Shown here in pieces: positions 1-10,460 of a DNA stretch of 40,208 nt. The first letter of the stretch is position 1. The number at the start of each line of letters is the position of its first letter. Source of the stretch: Octopus sinensis (lineage: Eukaryota); assembly GCF_006345805.1 (NCBI RefSeq), contig NW_021835313.1:1-40208 (forward strand). The letters run 5' to 3'. The translations under genes and the position numbers were made by a program. Below the pieces are notes generated by a model, which was given only the letters and a program-made list of their open reading frames with translations, was not told where the DNA came from and did not search any database.

Positions 1-471
1 GTACTCAGGTCATCAGTACATATCCCCTAGCAAAATAAATACCCTCTCACTTGAATACATACACAACAAAAACCATGTCTATTAAGTGCATATTTCGAGT
101 ACGTACAGGGTTCGTGTTGTAATCCTCAATAGTTTAAGGGTGTTTGGCTTCAGTGTTATGAATGAAAACATTCGTGCCGTAACGGGTGAGTGAGTGAGTG
201 TCTCCGGTCACAACTGAAGGCGTTCACTTAGTAGGAGTGTCGCTGATCATACTTGACTTACTTAGCCATCAATGACGATAATAAGGATCATCTTGATCAT
301 CGTGATCATGATTACGATGATGACGATGATGATCGGGAAAGATGGATGGAGATAGGAGCAGGAGTTTAATTTTGTGTGTTTCTGCAAACGTTTGGTGAAT
401 GCTTGAATTTACAAAGGAGAAACTATTTACTACACAAAAAGCATATATTATACGATATTCCTTTCTACTCT

Positions 472-596
472 AGGCACAAAGCCCGAAATTTGGGGGGAAG
501 GGACCGGTCGATTACATTGACCCCAGTACTCAACTGGTACTTAATTTATCGACCCCGAAACGATCAAAGGCAAAGTCGACCTCGGCAGAATTTGAT
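472..596 (-). mobile_element. tRNA-derived SINE family B, partial
   Basis: Reverse complement of the ttcaaattc..gccgaggtcgactttgcctttcatc..ggggtcgat..actggggtcgatgtaatcgac body seen at 13588-13823. Confidence 0.7.
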
Positions 597-635
597 ATAT
601 TATAAAATATTATTAAGCTTCTTTTCTCGAGTACG

Positions 636-1260
636 GTACTTATTCTATCGGTCTCTTTTGCCAAACTCGTATGTTACGTGGACGTAAACAAAGCAACAAC
701 AGTTTCAAGCGATGGTAGAGACAAGCATAGAAACAAACATACACGCACGCGCACGCATACATACTTTCATGCCTACAAACATATACACACATATACATAC
801 ATATATGTGTGTGCTTGCGTGCGCGCGCGTGTATGTATATATGTATAATATATCTTTTCGTTTACTCGTTTCAGTCATTAGATTGCAGCCAAGCTAGGGC
901 ACCACATTGAAGAATTTTAGCCGAACCGCTAAGTCACGGGGACGTAGATACACCAACACCTGTTGTCAAGTAGGGGGGGGAGTGACAAACGCAAAGATTC
1001 ACACAGTTACACACGCAAATATCTGTGTGTGTGTGTTTATACGTATATATGTGCGTATGTATATGTGTGTGTCTATAATATATATATTTATACATATACA
1101 CGATGGGTTTCTCTAAGTTTCCATCTACCAAATCTACTCACAAGGCCTTGGTCAGCCCGCGGCTATAGAAGAAGACACTTGCCATTGCTCAGTGTGCCAG
1201 ACAGTGGGACTGAACCCGGAAACATGTGGTTGAGAAGTAGGCTTCATATTACACAGTCAT
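636..1260 (-). mobile_element. tRNA-derived SINE family A, degenerate or composite copies
   Basis: Matches the family A body (ccaaatc.actcacaaggc.ttggtc.gccc..gaagacacttgcc, gggactgaacccggaa.catgtggttg) with an internal microsatellite. Confidence 0.7.
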
Positions 1261-1474
1261 GACGATCTTCCACACAGTTTCTGTCTGTCACCTTCACTCA
1301 AAACGCATTCATGGGCTATACTATGTATTTTTACGGATACACACGTATAAATATATATATATGAGAATACTCACACACACACATAGTTATATATATATAT
1401 ATATACATACACAAATATACATATATATATATAGTTATGTGTATATATATATATACATATATATATATACTTTC

Positions 1475-1508
<34 letters not shown>

Positions 1509-2761
1509 CTATGTATGGATGTATATATTTGTTTATGTATGTGTCTAGTGGAAAGTAGTTTATTATAGTGAGATAATGTTATCAAACAGTTATTGTTATC
1601 AAAGTGGCTGTCAAACATGATCGGCTTATTATTTCTTCTGTTCAATTTTATCAAGAAGTTATTGTTGTTTAAATGATACCATTCCCAGAATAATCACAAT
1701 AAGCAACTTCTGCAATGCATGTATGTGTATGTGTGTCTGTGTTTCTAGTTTATATTTTGCGATACTAAAGTAAAATTTCTGAATTTATAGTGTTAGAAGT
1801 CTATAGAATGTAAGAATCTTATATGTGCTCGCTTATGAGTTGGATAAACAAGCATTATAATCTGGATCACAGTTTCGTCCAGTTAACCTTTTGGTTGACA
1901 GTATCTGTCAGCAGAATTGAACAGAAATAGATTTTAACTGCATCAAACGAAAAAAATAGCAATCGATAATTTTAAGATCGGATGAAATAGCTGCCAAATC
2001 CATCTTACAGAGAAATGCATCATTATTCACCAGACTACACAAATCCCAAATAAAAGGTGCGAGCTAATATCTACCTGCTGGAACATTTCTTAAGATTTTC
2101 TATGAGAACCTCAAACATGAGAGATAAAATTTACTTCGTTGATTACGTGATTACCTGAAAACATCGTCATCGACATGTTAAATCCAATTCTTTTCAATCC
2201 GTAGATAGATACAGTCGACGGAATGGTTGACTGATCGAAACAGTGGTCCGAAAGGGTAATTTATACTTAACGCATAAACAAATACATGTATATACATACA
2301 CTCATATATAGTATGCATAGTAACAGGTAATCGGCAGTGCCTTCCCGTCTCAGAGTTGACACACATAGAGACATAAAAACACATAGGAACATAGAAACAC
2401 ACTCACACTGACACAGGCGTTAAAACATGAATTTTCTTATATATTTAATCAGGGAAAGAGGAACGATGGTGACATTTGACCAGTTTACTCTCAGACTGGT
2501 GACATTTGACCAGTTTACTCTCACGTTCTTATCAATTAGATACGATTCCGTTCAACTACCTGTAGATCAATATGTGCAATGTGTGCAATTTTATAGATAT
2601 GTGAGATTATCGATAAAACACCATAGAGCACAAGCCCGTAGCGTTTGAAGCGCTTTGTATGGCGGTACTAACAACCAGATGTTAGAACTCAATATGCATA
2701 TGATTTAGAAAGGAGCGTTAATTGAGAATAGAACGTAATAGAAAAAAAACATAAGAATCAA

Positions 2762-3033
2762 GGAACCAGAACTTACAGCTGTTTCTGCTATGTGATGCCC
2801 TGCAGTCATGACTGAATACAATCTATAGTCGGAGCTTCAAAAGTGAAGTGCAATTTTATTTGGTAAACCATTTATATTTAGAAAACATTACCCTCGAAAA
2901 AAAAAAATATTTATCCGACATATTTTTATAATTTTTCGATGGTAATGTTTTCTGTATATAAATAAGGTGGCAAGCGCTCGACTATGAGTATATTGCATCT
3001 TATGACAGAAACAGCTGTAAGCTAATGAGGTTC
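2762..3033. mobile_element. Foldback/MITE-like element with nested inverted repeats
   Basis: cttacagctgtttctg (2772-2787) / cagaaacagctgtaag (3006-3021) is a perfect 16-bp IR. Inner 20-bp IR 2881-2900 / 2933-2952 has 1 mismatch. Confidence 0.6.
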
Positions 3034-3295
3034 ATTACATTATTTCTTCTTCCTTGGTAATTTATTTAATTTTTTAATTACCCTTTTCTCTCTCTCTCTC
3101 TCTCTTTGTATATACATGCATACATACATAAATAAATATACATGCGGGTGGGAAGGGGCTGGTGACACAATCTTTTCATTCACACATTGAATTTGGTGAT
3201 ACTAGTTGCGGATTCTAGCTCGCTCTGATACTGAGTTGAGTTGGTGCCTTCTAGTATCTCAAAATTCAATATATAATCATTTATGATTATAGTAT

Positions 3296-3394
3296 TCTAC
3301 GCTGAAGAGAAAAGAAGTTTTGGTGAGATAGAATTATTTAATATTTAATTCTTATGCTTCCTAAAAACTTGATTTCGAAACGTACGTCCGTAGA
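3296..3394 (+). ncRNA. Minimal type I hammerhead ribozyme, copy 1 (predicted cleavage after GUC, C3388)
   Basis: Stem I tctacg(3296-3301)/cgtaga(3389-3394); core CTGAAGA (3302-3308); long stem II gaaa..aagtttt / aaaactt..tttc; GAAA (3377-3380); minimal stem III C-GTAC-G with palindromic ACGTACGT; then TC. Confidence 0.85.
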
Positions 3395-3883
3395 TAACTT
3401 AAAATTGTATGATAGATTGCCGCCAATTCATTCTCTCTACCTGTTTGTGTCTGCCTTCCAATTGCTGTTTTTACTGAGATCTCCTTTTTAGTAGAAGAAA
3501 TAGCTATAACTCTTTGACTGCTATTTCTAAATTCGGTATGTGGTAAGGCAATTCGTTGCTAAACCCTTTATTGCTTAGTATTACTTAAATTTTCCTCGAA
3601 TGAGGCTTTTACATGCCGAAGACTACTTGGTGTAATTGATAATTATTCCAAATTAATTAATTTCACCCTTCATTATTACGGATAACCATATTTTATCTCA
3701 GTAGATGACCACAGCATCTTGTTTTGGCTACACGCGGGTGGGAAGGGGCTGGTGACACAATCTTTTCATTCACACATTGAATTTGGTGATACTAGTTGCG
3801 GATTCTAGCTCGCTCTGATACTGAGTTGAGTTGGTGCCTTCTAGTATCTCAAAATTCAATATAATCATTTATGATTATAGTAT

Positions 3884-3983
3884 TCTACGCTGAAGAGAAA
3901 AGAAGTTTTGGTGAGATAGAATTATTTAATATTTAATTCTTATGCTTTCCTAAAAACTTGATTTCGAAACGTACGTCCGTAGA
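3884..3983 (+). ncRNA. Minimal type I hammerhead ribozyme, copy 2 (predicted cleavage after C3977)
   Basis: Same core as copy 1: tctacg-CTGAAGA(3890-3896)...GAAA(3966-3969)-CGTACG-TC-cgtaga. Confidence 0.85.
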
Positions 3984-4475
3984 TAACTTAAAATTGTATG
4001 ATAGATTGCCGTCAATTCATTCTCTCTTACCTGTTTGTGTCTGCCTTCCAATTGCTGTTTTTACTGAGATCTCCCTTTTTAGTAGAAGAAATAGCTATAA
4101 CTCTTTGACTGCTATTTCTAAATTCGGTATGTGGTAAGCAATTCGTTGCTAAACCCTTTATTGCTTAGTATTACTTAAATTTTCCTCGAATGAAGCTTTT
4201 ACATGCCGAAGACTACTTGGTGTAATTGATAATTATTCCAAATTAATTAATTACACCCTTCATTATTACGGATAACCATATTTTATCTCAGTAGATGACC
4301 ACATCATCTTGTTTTGGCTACACGCGGGTGGGAAGGGGCTGGTGACACAATCTTTTCATTCACACATTGAATTTGGTGATACTAGTTGCGGATTCTAGCT
4401 CGCTCTGATACTGAGTTGAGTTGGTGCCTTCTAGTATCTCAAAATTCAATATATAATCATTTATGATTATAGTAT

Positions 4476-4575
4476 TCTACGCTGAAGAGAAAAGAAGTTT
4501 TGGTGAGTTAGAATTATTTAATATTTAATTCTTATGCTTTCCTAAAAACTTGATTTCGAAACGTACGTCCGTAGA
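4476..4575 (+). ncRNA. Minimal type I hammerhead ribozyme, copy 3 (predicted cleavage after C4569)
   Basis: Same core as copy 1: tctacg-CTGAAGA(4482-4488)...GAAA(4558-4561)-CGTACG-TC-cgtaga. Confidence 0.85.
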
Positions 4576-4764
4576 TAACTTAAAATTGTATGATAGATTG
4601 CCGTCAATTCATTCTCTCTTACCTGTTTGTGTCTGCCTTCCAATTGCTGTTTTTACTGAGATCTCCCTTTTTAGTAGAAGAAATAGCTATAAAACTCTTT
4701 GACTGCTATTTCTAAATTCGGTATGTGGTAAGGCAATTCGTTGCTAAACCCTTTATTGCTTAGT

Positions 4765-4843
<79 letters not shown>

Positions 4844-4883
4844 GAAATAGGTTTCAAAGACAAAAGAGACTAAACGTGGTATA

Positions 4884-5772
4884 AATAGGGGTAAAGTAAG
4901 GGGAAAAAAGAGAAAATGCACCTTGTATATAAAAAAATAAAGGCTTTTTTATGAAAGGTAACGATATATATATATATATATATAATACAATTAGATGAAC
5001 TGAGGAAGAATTAAGAGGTATAAAAGTCATTCTTATGAATTGTTAAAGAAGATTCAAAGTCAAACCGGTATCGTTAAAAGCTGTTCACTGACTTTGAATG
5101 ACCACCGATTTCCAAACAGTATCGGGTCTAATAGTCCCTCAGTGAAAAGATTACACGCAAGGGAGGTAAGCAGTTCTGGTAGTGGTGTAATTAGGGTAGA
5201 TATAAATACTGTAATATGAATGGTGTATGGGATGTATGGAAATTAGTGGTATTATTATTAAGGTTAGTAGTGTCCTGTATTATGTTGAGTTGTGGATGAT
5301 ATTTACTAATGAAAGTTGCTTCTTTATTTAATCTTTGCTGTACTGAGGTGTTCTGTGAACATTGATAGAAAAGGAAAATTTGGAAGTTGGGTTTAAGGTT
5401 CCTGGCAAGACTTTCTATATGTTCACTGACCTGTATCTGTCTGTATTGTGAGTAGCAGATTTGTTCTTTGTGAAGAGTTGTTCATCGGAGTGACATTCCT
5501 GTTAGGCCTATTTTGTGATTTCCGCACCCTAAGCAGGTAATAGCATAGATTAGGTTTTCCGAAGCACAGGTAAAATTTGATTTTATCTTAAATATTTCAC
5601 CTTGTTTAAAGTGGAACTCTGTATGCTCCAAAATTTGGGAACATGTGCCACAGTTAGGCCGCCTGCATTTTTTTCCCTTTTGGATCCGTTGTTAATGGAT
5701 ATATGTTATTGTTTTAAATGATACTATTCCCATATAATCACAATAAGCAACTTCTACAATGCATGTATGTGC

Positions 5773-5828
<56 letters not shown>

Positions 5829-6660
5829 TGTGTGTGTGTGGTGTGTGTGTGTGTTCTTAATACTTTTTCAATGATTTCGGTTGCATTTTGCTCTTGATAA
5901 CTGTGTGAACCTAAAATTTTGTTCATTGTTTTATTTCCTGTGAGAATGGGTAAATGTTGGATAATGATGTTGAAGACCTCAATGTTTCTAGGGTTGTGTG
6001 TGGAGATGTATGGAAGTATTTTTAAGTTTGGTGTAGTATTTCGGTTGACTTCCCTTAATGTTCGTATTCTAATTACTTTGCTCGTTTAATCCCATCATTT
6101 ATTAATGATGTTGGATAATGTCTCTTGATTAGTATTGTTTACGAGTATTGGTGTCCGAAACTATGGTACAGATTATTTTCGCTAGATTACAAGGTATATT
6201 AATTTTTATGTGTTTGGGTGGCATGAGTTGAATAATAGTTATTGTTTAGAATCTGTGGGTTTATAGAAGATGTCCGTTTCGATGTGGTTATTGACTATTT
6301 TAATTAGGATGTCAATAAAAGAGAGTTGTTTGTTGCTGTGTTCCATGGTGAATTGTATGCTGCTACTGATATTGTTGAACATTATTTTGAAATCGAGGAG
6401 TTTGTCCATGCTATCTTTTCAAAGCATAAAGCAATCATCTAAATACCTCTTCCAGTTCTCCTTTAAATAGCAGCTTTTGACGATACCGGTATGACTCTGA
6501 ATCTTCTTTAGCAATTCATAATAATGACTTCTTTTATACCTCATAATTCTACCTCAGTTCATCTAATTGTATACACATATCGTTACTTTCATTAAAAAAA
6601 CCTTAATTTTTTAAATATCCAATGTGCATTTTCTCTTTTTTCTTTTTACTTTTCCCCTGT
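4884..6660 (-). mobile_element. Degenerate 5'-truncated Penelope-like retroelement (RT C-terminus plus GIY-YIG endonuclease) bracketed by ~200-bp inverted repeats
   Basis: Minus-strand translation gives WKRYLDDCF (YxDD at 6431-6448), IQFTMEHSNKQLSFIDILI..IETDIFYKPTDSKQ, then CRRPNCGTC (~5668-5636) and FTCASENLIYAITCLGCGNHKIGLTG (~5570-5495), with stops and frameshifts. 4884-5088 is an inverted copy of ~6470-6660. A 65-bp+(TG)n insertion lies at ~5706-5860. Confidence 0.85.
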
Positions 6661-6682
6661 ATATATATATATATATATATAT

Positions 6683-6985
6683 AATTTACAAGATAAGGGC
6701 AGAAGAAAAATTCTAATGCCAGATACGCCATTAAATTTACGCGTCTCGAAACCCCGAAATTGGACCAATACGGTAATAACGAATTTTTTAGAGATTTCTA
6801 TCGGATTGTTTCGAGACGCATAAATTTAATGGTTATCGACAATTTTTTGTTTCGGCGTATCTGGCATTAGAATGTTTCTTCTGCCCTTATCTTGTAAATT
6901 ATGTATAAATTTTACCTTTAAAGGCATTTTTTGATATGCTGGCCATTGATAAAATGTTTTCCCGAAATATTTTTATCCTATATTA
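6683..6985. mobile_element. Foldback element in (TA)n: long hairpin plus 85-bp tail
   Basis: 47-bp IR 6683-6729 / 6854-6900 (1 mismatch); inner 25-bp IR 6728-6752 / 6808-6832. The tail 6901-6985 matches the reverse complement of 33121-33206. Confidence 0.7.
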
Positions 6986-7039
6986 ATTATATATATATAT
7001 ATATATATGTATGTATATATCTAGCTGGTGGGTGCTTAC

Positions 7040-8888
7040 CTGTGTGGATGTATGTGTGTTTCTTCATGTCAGATTTCTGATGGAAGCGCTTACCGCAGTA
7101 CTGACACGGATAGGGTCTAGTGTCACTGTGAATGAGTAAGTGGGTTGACAGAGTTGAGGAACGTTTGAAGCACTTGCCACACTGCTTACACTGGAAGAGT
7201 TTATCAGTCACTGTTGCCTGCAACGAGGAGAGGGAAATAGAAGACGGAGGAGGAGGCGATAGCGAAGTGGACGAACAGAGGGACAACGGTGGCATGATGG
7301 ATGCTTGAGACGGTGGTGGAGGTGGCGGGACTGGCGGCAATGGTGGTGGTAGTGGTGGTGGTGGCGGTGGCAGTGGTGGTGGTGGCGGCGGTGGCGGTAA
7401 TGAAGTCTGGGATTGAGGACTCGTCTGGTGAGATGGGTGCAGTACTGAGTGAGGGTGGTTCTGAAGTGGGTGAGAATGGTGATGGGGCTGTTGTTGTTGT
7501 TGTTGTTGTTGTTGTGATGATTGTGGTTGTTGTCCAAGTGGATGATGGTGATGGTGATGATGATTATGCTGGTGTGGGTGTTGGCTGTTGTTGCTGCCAC
7601 CGTTGATGCTGTTGTGGTTGCTATGTGTGTTCGAATTAGAGTGGTGCTGGTGTGAATGCATATGGAACTGTGGGGGCATATGAGAGAAAGACAGGGCTGC
7701 CGTGGTGGGCGAATGGTGGAGAGCAAGACCACCTAGTAACCCACCTAAACCGGATCGACTGACGACACCTGGTGGTCCGACCATACTAACTCGAATCAAA
7801 TCCCCAGCAGCGCCGTTCGAACTGTCGACTGTAGGGGCTGCAACACCAAAACCAGAGTTACCCATGCTAGCAACATTGCTGAGACCGAGATTGCTTCTAC
7901 CCGAAATATTTCCATGATTATCTCTTCCTCCGATGCCATGGAGGGCCGTAGTGGTGCGATGAAGATTTTCCAGACCCGTCCTAAACGGATAAGTCGGGAT
8001 TTCACGTTGAGTGAAAAAAGCCGAGTTAGTTAAATGCGGCAGATGATGTGGATGGTGTTGGTGATGAAGGTGATGCTGTTGGTGTGATTGGATATGATGA
8101 TGTTGTTGGTATTGATGTTGTTGTTGTTGCTGTTGGAGCAGCAGCTGATGTTGCTGATGTTGAAAATGATGCAGTAGTGAGCTTTGGTGTGGGTGGGGGA
8201 TGCGCCGGTAGGTTTCGTCGGGACGGTGGTTGCCTTCGTCTCCCAAGATTGGTGATGGTGGTGAGGGCGGGTTCGGAGGAGAGGAGGGGCTCTGGGCGAT
8301 AATGTTTTCAGCGGGGGACGAGGATGTGGAAGAAGTGGAGATGGAAATGGACGAAGAATTTGGGACGGTGAAGTCTTTAGGATACAGTTTCGAATCGTAG
8401 TGACAATTGATGACAGTGTCATCGTAAATAGTCTCGTTGCCCTCTCTTCGGTGACTGTAATTCAGATGATCTCTGTCATCACGTTTACTGTTGCTGATAC
8501 TGTTGTTGATGTCGGAGTTAAGGTAAGATTTCGACTTGAAATTTTGTATGTTCGTGTTAAAGCATTCTTGCTCTTCTTGCTCCTCCTCCTCCTCCTGCTC
8601 TTTTGGCTGTTGTTGCTGCTGTTCATCTTGTTGATGCTGATGCTGATGCTGCTGCAACTGTTGTTCTTCTTGTTCTTGTTCTTTTACTTGACGTTTTTGC
8701 TCTTCCCCATCGCCTTCTTTTCCCTCCCGTAGGTGACGATGAGAATAACCATGATGATGATGATACTGTTGCTGCTGATGCTGGTTGTGATGATGATGAT
8801 GGTGATGATGGTGGTGATGATGGTGGGTAGGATAATGCTGCTTTAAAATTGATCTTGTCAGCGATGTCTTGTTACTATTATTATTATT

Positions 8889-8921
<33 letters not shown>

Positions 8922-9361
8922 ATTATTATTATTATTATTGTTGTTATTGCTGTTGTTGTTGTTGTTGTCCTTTGTTACATCACTGCTGCTGCCGTTGATA
9001 TTGTTGTTTTTATGATTGTTGTAGTTGCTGTTGTCATTGCTGATACTGTGATCACTGCCGCTACAGGTTCCTCCACCACCGCCACCACCACCACTACTAC
9101 TACTACTACTACCATCAATACCACCAATGCAACTACTGCCGCTGCTGCTGCTACTGCTAATGTTGCTGCTGCTTGAGAGGGGTGTATGGCCACGAACGTA
9201 GGTAACAGCATCTGCAGAATACGGTTTGATGGGGTCAGTTTCTGGCAAAGCTTTTATAGGTCGAGGCCATGATACGAAATCGTCCAACAGTTTCCGGAAC
9301 GTCGAATGCATGTAATCTGGGTGGTAGTAGTCAATTGGATCCCGAGGTTCAAAGTGATAAA
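7040..9361 (-). CDS. sens/Gfi1: Main coding exon of a Senseless/Gfi-1 family C2H2 zinc-finger transcription factor (long polyN/H/Q/P/S/G region followed by two fingers)
   Basis: Translation ends [53 protein letters not shown] (7196-7040), the Senseless/Gfi-1 finger pair equivalent to Gfi-1 fingers 3-4. Phase-1 donor ACAG|GTAAGC at 7040/7039. Acceptor tttttttttatcttcgcag| at 9362/9361. ORFs 8913-9311 and 6987-8657 are in the same frame, and that frame is open from 9359 to 7040 except for 8 TAA codons at 8915-8892 inside an (AAT)n tract. Confidence 0.9.
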
Positions 9362-9556
9362 CTGCGAAGATAAAAAAAAAAGGAGCATTAATTAAATATA
9401 TCGATTTAGACTCTACGTTATGAGTTAGGAATTTTAGACTTAGCTCAGCCCTAATCGAATAGACTTATCGCCAAAAACTGTTCACATGAATGTCCTAGCT
9501 TTTATTAAAAAAGTGTCTTTAAGCTTACATTATCCAATGTTATTCTGTCATTCTGC

Positions 9557-9863
9557 TACTTGTTTCAATCAGTTGTCTGCAGCCATGCTGGAGCACCGCT
9601 TAAAGGGTTTTAGTCGAAGAAATCGACCACAGGACTTATTCTTTGTAAGCCTAGTACTTATTCACACACACACACACACTCATTCACTCACTCTTTCACA
9701 TACGACGGTTTTTCCGTTTCCTTCTGTCAAATCCACTCGCAAGGCTTTGGTCGGCCCGAAGCTATAGTAGAAGACACTTGCCCAAGGTGCCACGTTGTGG
9801 GACTGAACCCGGAACCATGTGGTTGGGAAGTATGCATCTTACCACACAGTCACGCCTGCGCCT
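9557..9863 (-). mobile_element. tRNA-derived SINE family A
   Basis: Minus-strand head aggcgcaggcgtg..tgtgtggtaag (A box) ..ggttcagtccc (B box), then ggcaccttgggcaagtgtcttc core. Confidence 0.8.
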
Positions 9864-10006
9864 ATGTCTTTTAAAGAGACTACGATGTTATTTGAGGAAT
9901 TATTTCTAGCAAGTTCAGACGCCACATAGATATTCATTAGTTTAACTTGAGCAGTTTTGATGGTGATTACTGTAGGTTAGGTGTGTGAGAGAAGGGTATG
10001 CGTATG

Positions 10007-10057
<51 letters not shown>

Positions 10058-10146
10058 TGTGTGTGTGGTGTGTGTGTGTGTGTGTGTTGTGTGTGTCTGT
10101 GTAAGAATTACAATAACGCCAATATTTGACTATTTGACTTATTATT

Positions 10147-10360
10147 AAGGCGGCGAGCTGGCAGAATCGTTAGCACGCCGGGCGAAATGCTTAACAGAAT
10201 TTCGTCTACTGCTACGTTCAGAGTTCAAATTTCGCCGAGGTCGACTTTGGCTTTCATTATTTCGGGGTCGATCAAATAAGAACCAGTTACACACTGGGGT
10301 CGATGTAATCGACTACTCCCCCACCTCACGAATTTTCAGGGCCTTGACATAGAGTAGAAA
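10147..10360 (+). mobile_element. tRNA-derived SINE family B
   Basis: aaggcggcgagctggcagaatcgttagc (A box) ..gagttcaaatt (B box), ending in (AAT)n. Confidence 0.8.
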
Positions 10361-10396
10361 TAATAATAATAATAATTATTATTATTATTATTATTA

Positions 10397-10457
<61 letters not shown>

Positions 10458-10460
10458 CAT

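Larger units (their letters stand above)
3139..4766 (+). mobile_element. Tandem array of a 590-bp hammerhead-containing unit (~2.76 copies), retrozyme-like or Penelope pLTR-like
   Basis: The motif gcgggtgggaaggggctgg recurs at 3144, 3734 and 4324 (period 590). Copies differ by only a few substitutions and small indels. The third copy stops at 4766 before (TA)n. No coding potential was seen; the unit has many internal hairpins. Confidence 0.9.

Noticed and set aside
2467-2523. Exact 26-bp direct repeat (ggtgacatttgaccagtttactctca)
   Set aside because: A simple local slippage duplication with nothing inserted between the copies, so not a TSD.
5100-5140. Additional hammerhead on the minus strand in the Penelope 3' UTR (CTGAGGG..GAAA..GTC)
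   Set aside because: The core is non-canonical and I could not form stems I-III.
1-6980. Downstream exon(s) encoding the remaining fingers (EKPHKC..KAFSQSSNLITH..)
   Set aside because: Searched by eye on the minus strand and not found; presumably left of the window.
7208-8830. Overlapping alternative-frame and antisense ORFs over the zinc-finger exon
   Set aside because: These are by-products of trinucleotide-repeat coding sequence and show no recognisable domains.
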